Source of the DNA: Convolutriloba macropyga
Taxonomy: Eukaryota
Direction of reading: 5' to 3'
Assembly: GCF_964194025.1 (NCBI RefSeq)
Contig: NC_134479.1
Coordinates: 42,966,001 to 43,030,000, forward strand
Length of the DNA: 64,000 nt
The notes below the pieces were generated by a model. The model made no database searches, was not told where the DNA came from, and worked only from the letters and a program-made list of their open reading frames with translations. Position numbers and translations under genes: made by a program. Positions 1 to 12,809 of this stretch are shown here, one piece after another; within the stretch, counting starts at the first letter, position 1; each line of letters opens with the position of its first letter.

Positions 1-790
1 CAAAAACATGAAAAAATTACAATATTTTTTTAAAGATTGCTTAAATTCGTGATCTTAAAACCTTGAAGTACATTCAATTAGATTTAAAAATTATGCAGTG
101 ACATATTATCATACCCTAGATGAAGTTCCTTGACTCTTGAGGATAAAAAACCTAAGACATGACAACTTCAAAAAACTTAGAAATATTGTAACTTTTATTT
201 GAAAAAATTGCAAAAACATGTGATATTAAGTTGTAAATGAATCCATGACCGACAAAAAGTTTCCAGTAACTTATTATCAAACCCTTACGGAGTTTTTCTG
301 ACCCTTGAAGTTCAAAAAGACTGATTAATGGCTAAAATAGTCAAAAAGTTGAAAAAATGGCAAAAACTGTCAAAATTATGCTAAAATTCGTGATGTTAGA
401 ATCTTGCAAGACATTGCATTTAATCTAGATTATACTCTTATACAGTAACCTATTTTAAAACTCTAGAGGAGATTCTTTGGCTCTTGAGGCTGAAAAAATC
501 TACAAAACGACAAAAAAACATCAAAAAAACATGAGAAAAAGCAAGTTTTCTCAAACAATTGATAAAATTTGTGACATTAAAAAGTTGAAAAACTATTCCA
601 TGGCCAATAAAAATTTTTCAGTTACTTATTATCAAACCCCTTATGATGTTTTCTGGCCCCTAGGTCTGCAAAAGACATGAATAAGGAAAATTAAATGTCA
701 AAAAATGAAAAAAATTGCACGTTTTGTCAAAAAAAATACTAAAATTCGTGTTGTTAAAACATTGAAACTACTCCATTACCACTAGAAAAA
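1..790. repeat. Degenerate ~170-180-bp tandem repeat array (alternating A/B subtypes), interior of a HINE-like element
   Basis: Motif aaatt(c/t)gtga..ttaaaa recurs at ~43, 215, 382, 564 and 740; the same unit occurs at ~10950-12450, 32640-33400 and 55400-57800. Confidence 0.8.
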
Positions 791-819
791 AAATTGCCAA
801 ATAGCATAAATTTGGGTGT

Positions 820-1135
820 TTAGCGAGCGGGGGGTGGGGCTGCACCGGGGGCTGAATGGAGGGGGGACACTGGGGTGGGGGCAACGGCGGGGAGGGGGGG
901 GGGGGAGGTCAACAGTGGGGGTGTCTTCAACCTTTAAGAACCGCCCTTGACACCATAACTATAAGCTGAAACGGAGCTGAAAGGCTCAAAGAGCACTTAA
1001 TGCACGCTGGGCGCAACCTGTTTATCCCGTTTTTGAGGACGAAAAGTCGAAAGCGTCAGACAAAAAATTGGTCAAGCGAAAAATCGCATAAAAAAGACCG
1101 ACAGGACTAATATAGTTGCTACAAACTTCGTTTGA
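820..1135 (-). mobile_element. Helentron-associated non-autonomous element (HINE/DINE-1-like), G-rich segment plus terminus
   Basis: G-tract followed by the family block aagaaccgcccttg...cctgtttatcccgtttttgaggacgaaaagtc...ttgctacaaacttcgtttg, shared with ~10 copies in the window. Confidence 0.7.
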
Positions 1136-1790
1136 TTGAAACACAAAGTTTTTGTACGCTACGTGGGCGATAACAGCTTCGCTTTTTCTGGTGACCCAGA
1201 ACAATTGATTTTTAATACAATTTCTCCACAAAAACTTAGGGTTCACAGCGTTAATGTTTGTGCAATAAAGCAAAATTATTGTCGTTAACATTAACGCAAT
1301 CAGATTGTTTGGAACAGGTACATAAAAAATTATATGGGAGTTTTATTAAATTTTCCTAGCACAATCGAATGCTGCACAGAAAATGTCAAATTTCAAAAAT
1401 TTTTCTGAGTTTCCAGAAGTACGCTCATAGGTGGTCTTTAATGAAGCAGTTATCGAAATAGAGAAAATTAGTTCCGAAAATCTAAACTGAAAATTGGCTA
1501 TCAAGAATTGTTAACGAGATAAAAAAAAGTTAAACAAAGATGTTTAAGCACTTGGAAGTGCTATCTGATAAACCCATTGTATTGTCCAAAACAAGGGAAG
1601 CAAGTTTTAAAGTTCAAAACAATTTGACAACTTCCAGTGACAGTTCGATCATATTCACAGCACGAAAACTAATAATGTGGCCGCTACTTGAAAGTTTTCT
1701 ATTGTCCCACATGATTTACGAAGTTAAATGTGGCGAACACCTCTTATGTTGGACATCGCTCCACGCCAGTTCCAGAACACCAAAAGTTTT

Positions 1791-1842
1791 AGTAAATTGC
1801 CCAATGAACAAGGGGTAAAACTTGTTCATTGGGCAATTTACT
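1791..1842. repeat. Perfect 22-bp inverted repeat with 8-nt loop
   Basis: agtaaattgcccaatgaacaag-gggtaaaa-cttgttcattgggcaatttact. Confidence 0.9.
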
Positions 1843-2664
1843 GAGTTCTCTGGATTATTAACAGCTTGAGTTTGAAGAATATATTGACTAGTGCTATGAG
1901 TTAGAAAACGACAAGTAAAACCTTAAGCATCAGCAAATTTTGAAACCGCCTCCTGCAAATGTTCCGTTGATAGGTTTTCGTCGTTTTTCATCATTCCTGT
2001 TCACAATTAATATCAACCTGTTACGATTAAGGGGAAAGCAACCTGGATTTTCTTAGAGCGCTTAACAAATTCCTAGCGCTGCTGCTTTTGGTTAAGCACG
2101 AAAAATAAAACATTCTTGCTCTTCCGTCGTTTTTATACGCAGAAAAATTTTCGTAACACATTTAGGAGAGACTTTACGATTCTGCGCAGTTGAATTGTGC
2201 TTACTGTAGGGGAATTTTCAGCAGGGTCCACAATTTGCACCTAGAGCTTCGAACTACATCTTTTTTCGAACAAGTCACATATCACATCGCCTGCTCAGAA
2301 GCCAATTGGTAGACATTTTCAAGCCATTCATTTTCGTATTTCTTCTGCCTATCTAAGTTCCTTCACTTTAAGTTCCTCCATCAAGTAGTTTCCTCCATAC
2401 CTATCTAAGTTCCTCCATCATTCACTTTAAGAGAAAACAAATGCATAATAACAAATTCATAGCAGTGTTACTTAACAGCTTGTAACACATTTTCCACTAA
2501 TATAACTTTCAATCAAATAAAATAATAGATCGTATTATGCATCAATTTCACTAAGATCAAACGACAAAACTCAATCAAATGTTCAAATACAAGTTTCAGT
2601 CAACTTTGTACAGAAATTAGGACAATTAATAAACTAAACTCTACAGTCTTTAAAATCTTAAAAA

Positions 2665-5600
2665 TCACGCGCGGCTTTCACCCATTCTCAGATTCTGTTC
2701 GTAATATTTTCGATCAACGCTCATTCGCTTTTGAGAGTCCTCTAGAATTTGCCGAATAATTTTCTCAACAAACAAGCTCACTTGAAAGCTGCTGGTCGAA
2801 AGCTCATGTAGCCTAAAATGAGTTGTGTAATGTTGCGCAAGCCTGTAATACTCGTAGGGCAATTTTCGGAACTTTTCATCGGCAGAGGACCACGATTGCA
2901 TTTCTTTTTGTACTTCCTTATAATCGTCGATGACTTTTTGAGAAACGTTTCCGAGAGGCATTGTTAGTCCGAGCACTTCGTTCGCGTGTTGCTGGAACAC
3001 ATCTTTTGCACAATCGTGAGCCAGTTCGGAGTGAACCCAGTGGAAAAATTTGGATAGCTTGTCCTTGTTCTCAAACTCTCGGGAATCGCACAGTTCAATT
3101 TTGAGCCTAAAGATCAGACATTTAAATTTCAATATCCACCTTTAAATTAATACTGCCCTGGAATCAACGGAACGACACAATTGTGCCTGTAAATTAACTG
3201 GCAAAAGTTAAGGCCCAGCTTTTGCTTTAAATGCAATTGACAAAAGCTTTCGCCGCAATGTGTTTGGCAACTTTGTATTTTTTGGACGATAAATTTGGAC
3301 CTTTTAGCCATAACTTTTGGATGCTAAATGCATTCATTTAAAGCTTAAAGATTCACTGAATACGAAGTTAACTGAATGAACGTAAAGTATGATTAGGCTT
3401 TTTGCCCAGTGTAAACCTGGCCTAGTTTTTAGATTAATTAAATCTCGTTGCGATATCAGTTGCATAACATACCGACTGCATATTAGAGCCCAGTTAATAC
3501 CGACTCTTTTCTCTCCACTGTTGCTATATGAAGTGGCAAGAAAAGAGGCGGAACATATGTTGCGCAAGTTGTGCAATCGCAACGAGTTGAAAAACATTAA
3601 CCAGACAGACGGATGTTATCGCCCTCTCGAAGATAGTCGACAACTCAACTCGGCTTAGCCTCGGAGTTTGATTGCTTCTCGATAGTTAACCGCGTGGAAA
3701 AAAAACTTGGATTTCCAAATGAGTATAAATAACAAATTATAAGTAACAGATAAAAGATTTTCTTCTCTGGGTAGAAGAAACAAACTAAGCTCCCATGTGA
3801 GAATACTAACTCAAAAATGAAGCGGTAGTTAAATTTAAAAGCTTCCCAAGAAACATTGCCGACAATGTTTCCCATTGGGTCCTTCTGAAATTGTTGGAAA
3901 AAGTAGTTTTTGAAAATTCATTTTTGAAAATTGGTAATATTCAATCACAACCCACCTCATTGTTTCCCTCTGCTTGAACATCAATTTCAAGTATTCCCTG
4001 GAGTGGAACTTCCTCAGGACCAGACAGTCGTCATCCTGACTCAAGCAATTATCCTGCATTTGGTTCCTGTCCAGCAACCTGTAGGTGCCAGTCTGCTTCT
4101 GGCAATATGAGTCACCGTCCCCTTCTGGATGCATTAGAATCACTTTGAACTTCAGACTTCTTCGTGGATCAATTTTGTAGCTCTTGATTTGAATTTTGAC
4201 CTAAACATCCATCACAAAGGTTACTTCTAAGAAAATGTCGAAAGCTTGTATCACTTTGAAAAATAGTGAGCAAAACGTAGCCGGTCTATAATCTTTACCC
4301 ATACCAATTTAGTTCATTTATTTTACAATTTCGTGTCTACTGTTTTGAAATCATTTTGTTTTCCACCATTCCAACCCCCTTTCCTTACTGTGCATAACTT
4401 ATAGTTTGTCCCATAAAATTGGAATAAATAACCGAACGCTTGAAATACGCCAAAACATGCAATTGAGCACGCAAATGAGTATTGAAACTTCCGATTATTT
4501 CAAATTTAGTGGACCCGCTATACATCCACAGCTGTCTCTTCCGGTCAGCTCGCCAAAGACAATAGTTTTCAGTAAACATTGATCAATTAAACCCCACTTT
4601 TGCTGAATACCCTATTTCTCATTCTCAATACCGTATTTCTCGTTGTGGCGTTTCGTTAAGGAAAGTTACTCTGAAAAGAACGTCTACATATGGCAACTGT
4701 TCTGTGATTGCCATCTCTATAGAAATAAGTGGACAATATTTTAAAACTTGATGACTAGAACTAAACCATGAGACGCAAGTCGTGAATCCACAACAGCAAC
4801 AATAGGTATCTTTAATATTGAGCTACTCACGTCAACGTATGCTCCAATCATATCCAATCCCAAGGGATACACAAGACAGCTCCAGATGACACCTTTGTGG
4901 CAGAACTCTGGTGACAGCACGAACTCACATACCCGATCACAGAGCACCTTGTCAGTACTCATTGTAAATGACACAATATTCAGCTTCGTGTCTCGATCGC
5001 AGTCTGGGATATCTTCGTTTTGCACTCGGAACTTTGTTGGGATTCTCGGCGAGTTTCGGGAATGTGGATTTTTGAACCACTCCGGAACATCATTCTCTAC
5101 AGTCTTCTTTGTATCTGAGATTTTAGCGTCATTGTTGCTATCAGACCTATTTTCACCAATATTCGTCTGCTTTGTATCCAGATTCTTATCGCTAGAACCG
5201 ACAGCAGATGTCTCTGCTTGTTCAGCACCTTTGTTAGGATCTGTTACCGGTTTCTCCGCTTCGCTTACATCATCAACGGTCGAGGATCCCTCTGTAGCCT
5301 TGACACCGTTTGCCGAACTTCCTTGTTCGGTATCTTTCAACTCGACCTCTTCACTAATTGTATGCAAACCGGAGTCTTTAGCGCCAATTGATAAAAGGTT
5401 CTGAAACTCGGCCGTAACGTTTGTGTACCCGGCTGGAACATTCCCCATTCCAGGGAAGTTCTCAAGGGGCAGTACTGGTGGTAATAGTGGGTATGGATGC
5501 ACAGGGGTGGGCTGCAAAAACGGGAAACTTAACGGAAACGTATTCAAATAGGGTAAACCACTGACTGGCATTTGTCCTGGATGCGGTGGCACCAAATTTG

Positions 5601-6612
5601 GTTGTACGGGGTTATGTAACAGTGGCCCATTTGAGTTTACGTACCCGCCCCCTGGCACCCGATATTCCATTGTCTGTGGAATAGTGATCTTTTCTACGAA
5701 CGGAGATGGTTGCGGCACAGGTGTTGGTAATGACATCATACCACCACCTTGTTCCATCTGTTGCAGAGCCGCAAACTGATCCATCTGGTTTTGTTGCATC
5801 ATTCCTGCATCCACTGGGACGTTGACTCCAATTCCGTGACCATACCCTGGTCCCTCATAAACTCCTTGCATAACCTCTGGTGCGTTGACGCACTGTGGTG
5901 GAATAGTTTGTACGATGTTTGGAAAAAACATCTGAGGAGCTATCGTCATTCCAGATATGGGTGGTCCATATGTTCCGAGCAACTGAATTTGAGTGTTTTG
6001 GACTTGTCTGTTCTCTAACGCAGTTCCAGCCATTCCAGTGTTTCTTACGGCGTTCGTATTTTCTGATTCCAGGTATGAGATTCGGTTACTTGAACCAGTT
6101 GAAGCATAGGTGTCAGGTCTGTTTATCTCGCCATTGCAATTGATAGAACATTTGTCAGCGTTTTCTAGATGATCCAATTTCATCAGACTTTTTGGACTCA
6201 AAGTTAGACCCAGATCCCGAGGACTTACCTGTGCGGTTACTGGCGAAGGTTCATTCTCCAATTCACAACCAATTGACACCCTAACATCTTTGCTTTTGAG
6301 CTCTGGAGTCGAAACCCGACACACCTCAGGTCCCTGCAGATCGTCAACACTACCCGTATTATCTTCAACCTTGCTAATATGCTGCGATTTGCTAGAGTCA
6401 ATCGACTGATTAGCTGGTGTGCATGGTCTGGAATAGGTATGCTGGCTCTCATTTTGGAATTCTGACGAGACAGATCGAGGCATTCTATGTTTGTCTCCAT
6501 CGATAATACTAACCCTATGTTCCGTACATTTCTGATAATTTTCACGTAGCTGCTGCTCAATATCGGTTTCTTCCTGGGCAATCGTGTGGTATTCTTCAAC
6601 AAGGTCGGTCAT
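2665..6612 (-). CDS. Uncharacterised ~822-aa protein: long Ser/Pro/Gln-rich low-complexity N-terminus, MATH/TRAF-like domain, helical C-terminus. Exons 6612-4831, 4200-3956, 3106-2665
   Basis: Phase-compatible GT-AG junctions (GAC|GTGAGT..tttag|GTC; AG|GTGGGT..tttag|G) give 2469 nt in frame. SPEFCHKGVIWSCLVYPLG..AYVDVKIQ..FKVILMH..LVLRKF..LKIEL follows the MATH pattern (SP.F...G..W...VYP.G). Gene structure is well supported; the domain call is by eye. Confidence 0.8.
4400..4522. mobile_element. Internally deleted TA-flanked MITE in intron 1 of the MATH-like gene
   Basis: tatagtttgtcccataaaattggaata...tatttcaaatttagtggacccgctata; same TIR family as 6928-7908. Confidence 0.6.
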
Positions 6613-6927
6613 TTTTTTTCACAAAATGCAAACGCAACCAATTATAAACACAACTAACTGAAAAAGAACAGACTTTAATGACTGTGGTAAATTATCGATA
6701 TCAAAGGATGCCACAAATTTTTACGTATTTAGCTAAGTAACAATTGGGATTAAAATAATCAATCTCACAAAACGTACTTAATATTCCGCCTCACCTTGGA
6801 AATGAATTTGAAATCAATTACGGGTTATTGATTCAAAATTTTCGAGTACGATTTTAGAAATGTAGAAACGAAAAACAATGACAGCGATAATTTTCTAGCC
6901 CAGTTTTATAGGGCATTGGGTTTCATC

Positions 6928-7081
6928 TATAGTCAGTCCCATAAAGTTGCAACGCTATCGAACGTTTCAAAGGTCAAAGTTCAAATTTAAAACCTGCAGA
7001 GATCTAGAAAAACACTGTCCATTTGCATGCCCCAGCTTTTCGAACGTTCGCTTGCGTTGCAACTTTATGGGACTTACTATA
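6928..7081. mobile_element. MITE with ~30-bp TIRs, TA-flanked (Tc1/mariner-type)
   Basis: tatagtcagtcccataaagttgcaacgc ... gcgttgcaactttatgggacttactata. Confidence 0.8.
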
Positions 7082-7232
7082 TAGGAGCTTTCGCTTAGAT
7101 CTACGAATAGAACTTCGACGACCTTTAAACTCCCAGTGATTTTTCAAACGTTTGATTATTTCAGCATTCAGCGAAACGCTAAAAATTGGCATGCAAATGT
7201 GCATAATGATGTTCATTTTATGTCAACAGTTG

Positions 7233-7440
7233 TATAGTCTGTCCCATAAAGTTGGAAATAAGCGAACGATCGAAAACGTCAACATGCAATTCAGCATCAA
7301 TGTGGTCATTTAAATGTTAACGTTTTTTCCATTAAGCGTTCATCCATCAATTTTTTCTACATGTTTTAAAATTGAACTTTGAACTCTAACTTGTGGCTTT
7401 TGGAACGTTCGCTTATTTCAACTTTATGGGACACGCTATA
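7233..7440. mobile_element. MITE, same TIR family
   Basis: tatagtctgtcccataaagttggaaataagcgaacg ... cgttcgcttatttcaactttatgggacacgctata. Confidence 0.85.
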
Positions 7441-7691
7441 TTTAGAAACATTTGCTTGTTTCAACTTCAAGCTATGGTTTATTACTGACTTGCCTGACCT
7501 AAATCATTGCGTGCATTGTTTACTTTAAGGCCATCTGATCTCTAGACTTGGTAGCGACCTTGACCTCCAACGATGCAACGTTTCCCTAGGCTAAGTGTAG
7601 TCTGTCGCTTCCAGTAGAAACGCAAGCAAACGTTCGAAGACTTGATTCAAGTCCTTTTATGCCGTTCAGATTCAAAGACAGATATGAAGTA

Positions 7692-7908
7692 ATAGCGTGT
7701 CCCACAAAGTTGAAATAAGCGAACGTTTCAAAAGCCACTGGAATGATTACAAAGGTCAAAGTTCAAATTTAAAACATGTAAAAAAAATTGATGAATATAA
7801 GCGTAATGGAAAAAACGTTGACAATTCAAATGACCAATTTGATGCTCAATTGCCTGTTTTTGACGATTTCGAACGTTCGCTTATTTCAACTTTATGGGAC
7901 AGACTATA
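7692..7908. mobile_element. MITE, inverted copy of 7233-7440
   Basis: atagcgtgtcccacaaagttgaaataagcgaacg ... cgttcgcttatttcaactttatgggacagactata; internal sequence approximates the reverse complement of the 7233 copy. Confidence 0.85.
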
Positions 7909-8334
7909 GTTGGTCCAATACAGTTGCGAACGTTTGAAAACTTTCGAACGTTCGAAGACATCCAGACCAACATGATTAATGCAGATATCTGAACTCAGAA
8001 TTTGGCCTTGGAACGTTCGTTAGCGTTGTAAATTTAGAGAACAAAAACTCTCTGTAATTCAACTAATTTGTGGCACGCCGTATTTTAGATAGAGAGATTC
8101 AAAAACTAAATTAGTTGGGTTAAAAAGCCAAATTACATTAAAGCGTACGTAATGTTGTGAGTTGAGTCTTCATGTCGATAATATTTGTAAGAGTTCGAAA
8201 ACTGCGCGTTTTGAAAAATCTAGAAAATGGGTTTTTTGAACGTTCGTAGCCTGCTCATTAAAAATGTCTAAAAGCATAGGAACTGTATTGAGAAAGAAAA
8301 ACACAAAATTTGCACTCCGCCGCTCCCAAAAAAC

Positions 8335-9820
8335 TCTAAACATTGCCTTGGCAAATTACCGGAAAATAGGCGCCGTTAACGCACATTGGGATTGAAACAC
8401 AAAAGCAAAAAAATGACAAACATTAGGATTGAAACAGAAAAAGATTCGACAGACTTTTTTCAAAGTTAAAAAGTTCCTATTTGGTGTGTAGTTTGTTCAA
8501 TTTAGCTTTTAAACTGAAAGCTATTAGGCTTAATAATAATGACAGCAAGCAATCGCTCATATGAACATTGATACCGTAATGCACTATGACTTAATGTACG
8601 GTCTTTATCAGTTTATCTGTTGTGGGGGGGGGGGTGAACCTTAAAGAACCGCTCCTCACACTATGCGTATGTCACCAAAACAGTTTCTGCGAATCGCATA
8701 CTTGGAGACTAGTGAGCTGAAGGGCTCTAGGAGCACTTAATGCCTTCTGGGGCTACCTGTTCATCACGTTTTTGAGGACAAAAGTCAAACGGCTCAGACG
8801 AAAAATCGGCCAAAAGAAAAATCGCATTAAAAAAAACAAACAGGACTAATATAATTGCTACAAAATTCAAGATTAATAAAAAACCCAGTAAAAATCTAAG
8901 TCAAATTACCCACATGTAGAGAAAACAGTGTTTTAACACAAATTCGCTTTCTCGTTAGGGTTTTTTTGTTCACGCCGAAACAGAAGGTGGAGCGAAAAAG
9001 TGAGTGCTTTTGCGGAGTGAAATTTTTTCACTCTAATTTTAAGGTTGTGAGAAAACAGAGTGAAAAAAATTCACGCCGCATTTTAACCTACTGCTTTTTC
9101 GCTCCACTTCCTGTTTCGGCGTGACCACAAAAATTATCACTTCAATTTGACTCCATGAATCATGAAAATGTGTGAACAGATGTTAAAAAAACAAATCCGG
9201 AAGACTTCGGAATTGACTCAAAGCAGACTTAACTTACGCCCTAGCCAACAACTAATTAAATTAGCAAATCAATATATCATTCAATTTGAGAAAAACCAAG
9301 AGAGGAAACAAATGACAAAGGAAAAAAACAAAGGAAAACATTCTTGACAACTTTTCACGAGTTTCGACTCCGACAAATTTTTTTGTCCAAAATACTCAAA
9401 TCTGTTTTATTAAACTGCATATCTTAGTATACCAGAAAAATTGGTGGAAAACAGCCCCCATTCATTCCCGTAAACCCGATTGGGGATTGAAAGTACCAAA
9501 AAGGAGGAATTTTGATTTTTTAGTATATGAATCATGTTGTTCTAACGTAGTTAGAAACGCTTGTTTCGTAATCAGGGGGTACAGAGGCTAGTATCAGTAC
9601 CAATAAGCATTAGAGACGGTAACTAAGATTTATGAGAACAAAGTTCAAGTTCCGCGCATCTAAAAATGGGTTTATCCCGTTGCCAATTTTGATTTAGTGT
9701 TGCAATACTCATTTTTCTTTCTCTTGAATCAACAGAGTTAGCATTGCAACACTAAATCAAAATTCGGAAGGGAAACCCATTTTTAGATGCGCGGTACTTG
9801 AACTTTGTCCTCATAAATAG
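8335..9820 (-). mobile_element. Nested, degenerate HINE-like repeat fragments containing two local foldback inversions
   Basis: Blocks shared with 13340-13890, 26250-26960, 28700-29400 and 60900-61370; inverted arms at 8969-9126 and 9628-9818. Confidence 0.6.
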
Positions 9821-10047
9821 AGAACAAACATACTCAATAAACATAGAGAACTCATTAGAGAATTCCATTAGAGGAGCTAAAGAATTCAAATAGAGGAGCT
9901 ATAAAAGCGGGGTAAGAAGATGAGGGAGGATATAACAAAACCATACCAAGCGGTACAGATGGAAAACGGGGCAAAAAACTTAACGACAAAATCTAAGAAA
10001 CCTGTTTTAATAATAGCCAAGCGGTACAAATTGGAAAAGAAAAAGGG

Positions 10048-10297
10048 ACAAAAAACTTAATGAAAAAATCTAAGCAACCTGTTTTAATAATATTCTCAAT
10101 AAAACAAGTGAAAGAAGTTCAAACCACAAAAAGCTGCAGAATTGATTTACTATTTCATGTAAATACATGTAAATACAAAAAACTTAATGAAAAAATCTAA
10201 GCAACCTGTTTTAATAATATTCTCAATAAAACAAGTGAAAGAAGTTCAAACTACAAAAAGCTGCAGAATTGATTTACTATTTCATGTAAATACATGT
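10048..10297. repeat. Near-identical tandem duplication, 127-bp period
   Basis: 10048-10170 is repeated at 10175-10297 with one visible mismatch. Confidence 0.9.
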
Positions 10298-10949
10298 GCT
10301 AACAAATCTTTCATTCTTTTCACGTGGGTACAATAACACTACAATCAATCGTTATTGAACCATTGAAACTAAAAAATATACTCGGAAAAACAGCAATTAT
10401 TAAAAAAAAATCTCGAAGAACGGAAAATTAAGCATTTTTTAAAATTTAGACTGTTTTTTTAACTAAAAAAAACTTCAAGTGATATTCAGAAAATCAAAAA
10501 CGCATGAAACGGAATCACATGGATACTTAATTCAAACCAAAAATTACCCTGGACACTAAAAACTCGAATAATCGTGCGACATCAACAACAAGAGAAATAA
10601 AGTGTGTGTGTGTGAGAGAGAGAGATAAAAGATGAACCACAAAGAGGAAAGAAACCCTAACCGACAGAGAGAAAGAGATAGAAATATTTTCCATGATGGG
10701 ATTCGACTCTACAACTTCTAGTTTTCTAGCCTTGTTTGTAAATAAATCATATAGCAAACTGAAAAAGGCGAAAATAAAAAAGTTTTCAACTTCAGATTAA
10801 AAAAACAGTTCAGAGCCTTTTTTACCACGAAACGTCTGTCAAGTATCTCAGTTCCAAGACTTAAAAAGTTTCGTTGGCCAGGAATGGGCGTTAAACTCAG
10901 AAAACGAAAAGTGAAAATTTTTGAAAACAATTACAAATTTTAACAAAAT

Positions 10950-12513
10950 CTTGCCAAAATTTAAGATATTAATATCTTAAGAACCATTTCATTATCCTAA
11001 GAGGCAATCCAGTATCCCTGTTTCACGCCCGAAATAGTTTCACTGGCTCAAGCTTGAACCGGTGATCCATACACTTGAAACAAAAAAATTTTCGGAAAAT
11101 TTAAAATTTTTTTCAGAAAATGAATAAAACTGGAGTCATAAAAAAATTTATCACCAAACCATTAACTTTAGAAACTATGCAGCAGCTTATTATCAAAACT
11201 TGGAGGAGGTCCCGGGGCCATTAGTGCCGGAAAAAACTCAAAAACATGAAATTACAAAATTTTAGAAAAATTGCTTAAATTTGTGATATTAATATCATGA
11301 AAAATATTCCATTACATCTATTAGTTATGCAGTAACATAGATCAAACCCTGATTCGTTGCTCTTCCGGCTACAGAGACCTAAAAATAACAAAAAATTTTC
11401 AGGAAACTTCAAAATATTTTTTTTTTAAAAAAAGTTTTATCAAAAAAATGGTGGCTTTAGCTTGTGATATTTAAAAAACGAAAATTCATCCATGACCCAA
11501 CAAAAAATTCCAAGAACCTATTATGAAAACTTAAGAATTGTTTTCTGACCGTTGGGGCTCAAAAACCTGAAAAATGACTATAAATGTCAAAATGGCAAAA
11601 ATTATCAAATAAATGATTAAAATCTTGATGTTAAAATCTTGCCACACATTTCTTTACATCAAGAAATTATAGAGTAACCAATAAAAAAAATGAAAAATAC
11701 AAGTTTTATCAAAAAAAATGCTTGAAAGAATGCATGTTTTTATCAAAAACTTGAAAAAATGCAAGTTTTACCAAAAAAAAATTGCTAAAATTTGTGACAT
11801 TAAAAAAAATTTAGAGAGCGGTTGTTCGTCAGTACCTGGAAGAGGGGGTGCACCTAGGGATGATGGCGATGGGGCAACAGTGGGGTGGGGTAGCAGTGCG
11901 GAGGCCTGGGAGCAATAGTGGGCGGGGGTCAACAGTGATGTTAGTCATGTGTACAAAAAATGCAAAAAATTGTCAAAATAAAAGTTCAAAACTAACCAAC
12001 GGCCAATAAAATTTTCCAGTAACTCACTATCACGCACTAACGGAGCTTTTTTGACCCCTAAGGCTGAAGAAACCTGAATGACAATAAACGTCAAAAAAAT
12101 GAAATTGCAAATTTTGTCAAAAAAAAATTTGTGATGTTTAAATCTTGAAAAACATTCCATTACATCTAGAAACTATAGTAACCTATTGACAAACCCTAGA
12201 AGAGATTCCTCGGCTCTTGGCGCTTGAAAAAGCTAAAATACGAAAAACATTTAAAAAAAACATGAAAAAATGCACTTTTTATTAAAATATTGCTAAAACT
12301 TGTGATATAAAGAAAATTATTCCATGCCAAAAAACAAATTTTCAGTAACTTATTATCAAACCCTAGAGGAGGTTACTTGACATATGGGGTTGATAAAACT
12401 TATTAAAAAGGGCAAATTTTCAAAAAGCTTGAAAAAATTGCTTAAATTAGTTTAAATTTGCGTGTTTATATAGCGAGCGGTTGTTCGTCAGTAGCTAGAC
12501 AGGGGGGTGGGTG

Positions 12514-12566
<53 letters not shown>

Positions 12567-12809
12567 GGCAACAGCGCGGTGGCGGGGGTCAACAGTGGGG
12601 GTGCCTTCAACCTCTAAGAACCGCCCTTCAAACCAGAAGTAAAAGTCTCCAAAACAGTTTGAGCTGAAACAGAGCTGAGCTACCTGTTTATCCCGTTTTT
12701 GAGGACGAAAAGTCAAATGCGTCAGACGCAAAATTGGTTAGGCGAAAAGTCGCATAAAAAACCGACATGACTAATATAATTGCTACAAACTTCGTTTGAG
12801 AGTAATTAA
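10950..12809 (-). mobile_element. HINE-like element with internal ~170-bp A/B satellite, G-rich/(GT)n tract and subTIR terminus
   Basis: Satellite units at ~11285, 11465, 11627, 11794, 12131 and 12302; (GT)n plus poly-G at 12517-12568; ends ttgctacaaacttcgtttgagagtaattaa. Confidence 0.7.

Noticed and set aside
5395-5430. PAM2-like motif (TNVTAEFQ) in the MATH-like protein
   Set aside because: Lacks the conserved Leu, the A-x-E-F spacing and the terminal Pro.
4886-6143. + strand ORFs of 172, 89 and 74 aa
   Set aside because: Antisense shadows of the large minus-strand exon; no independent support.
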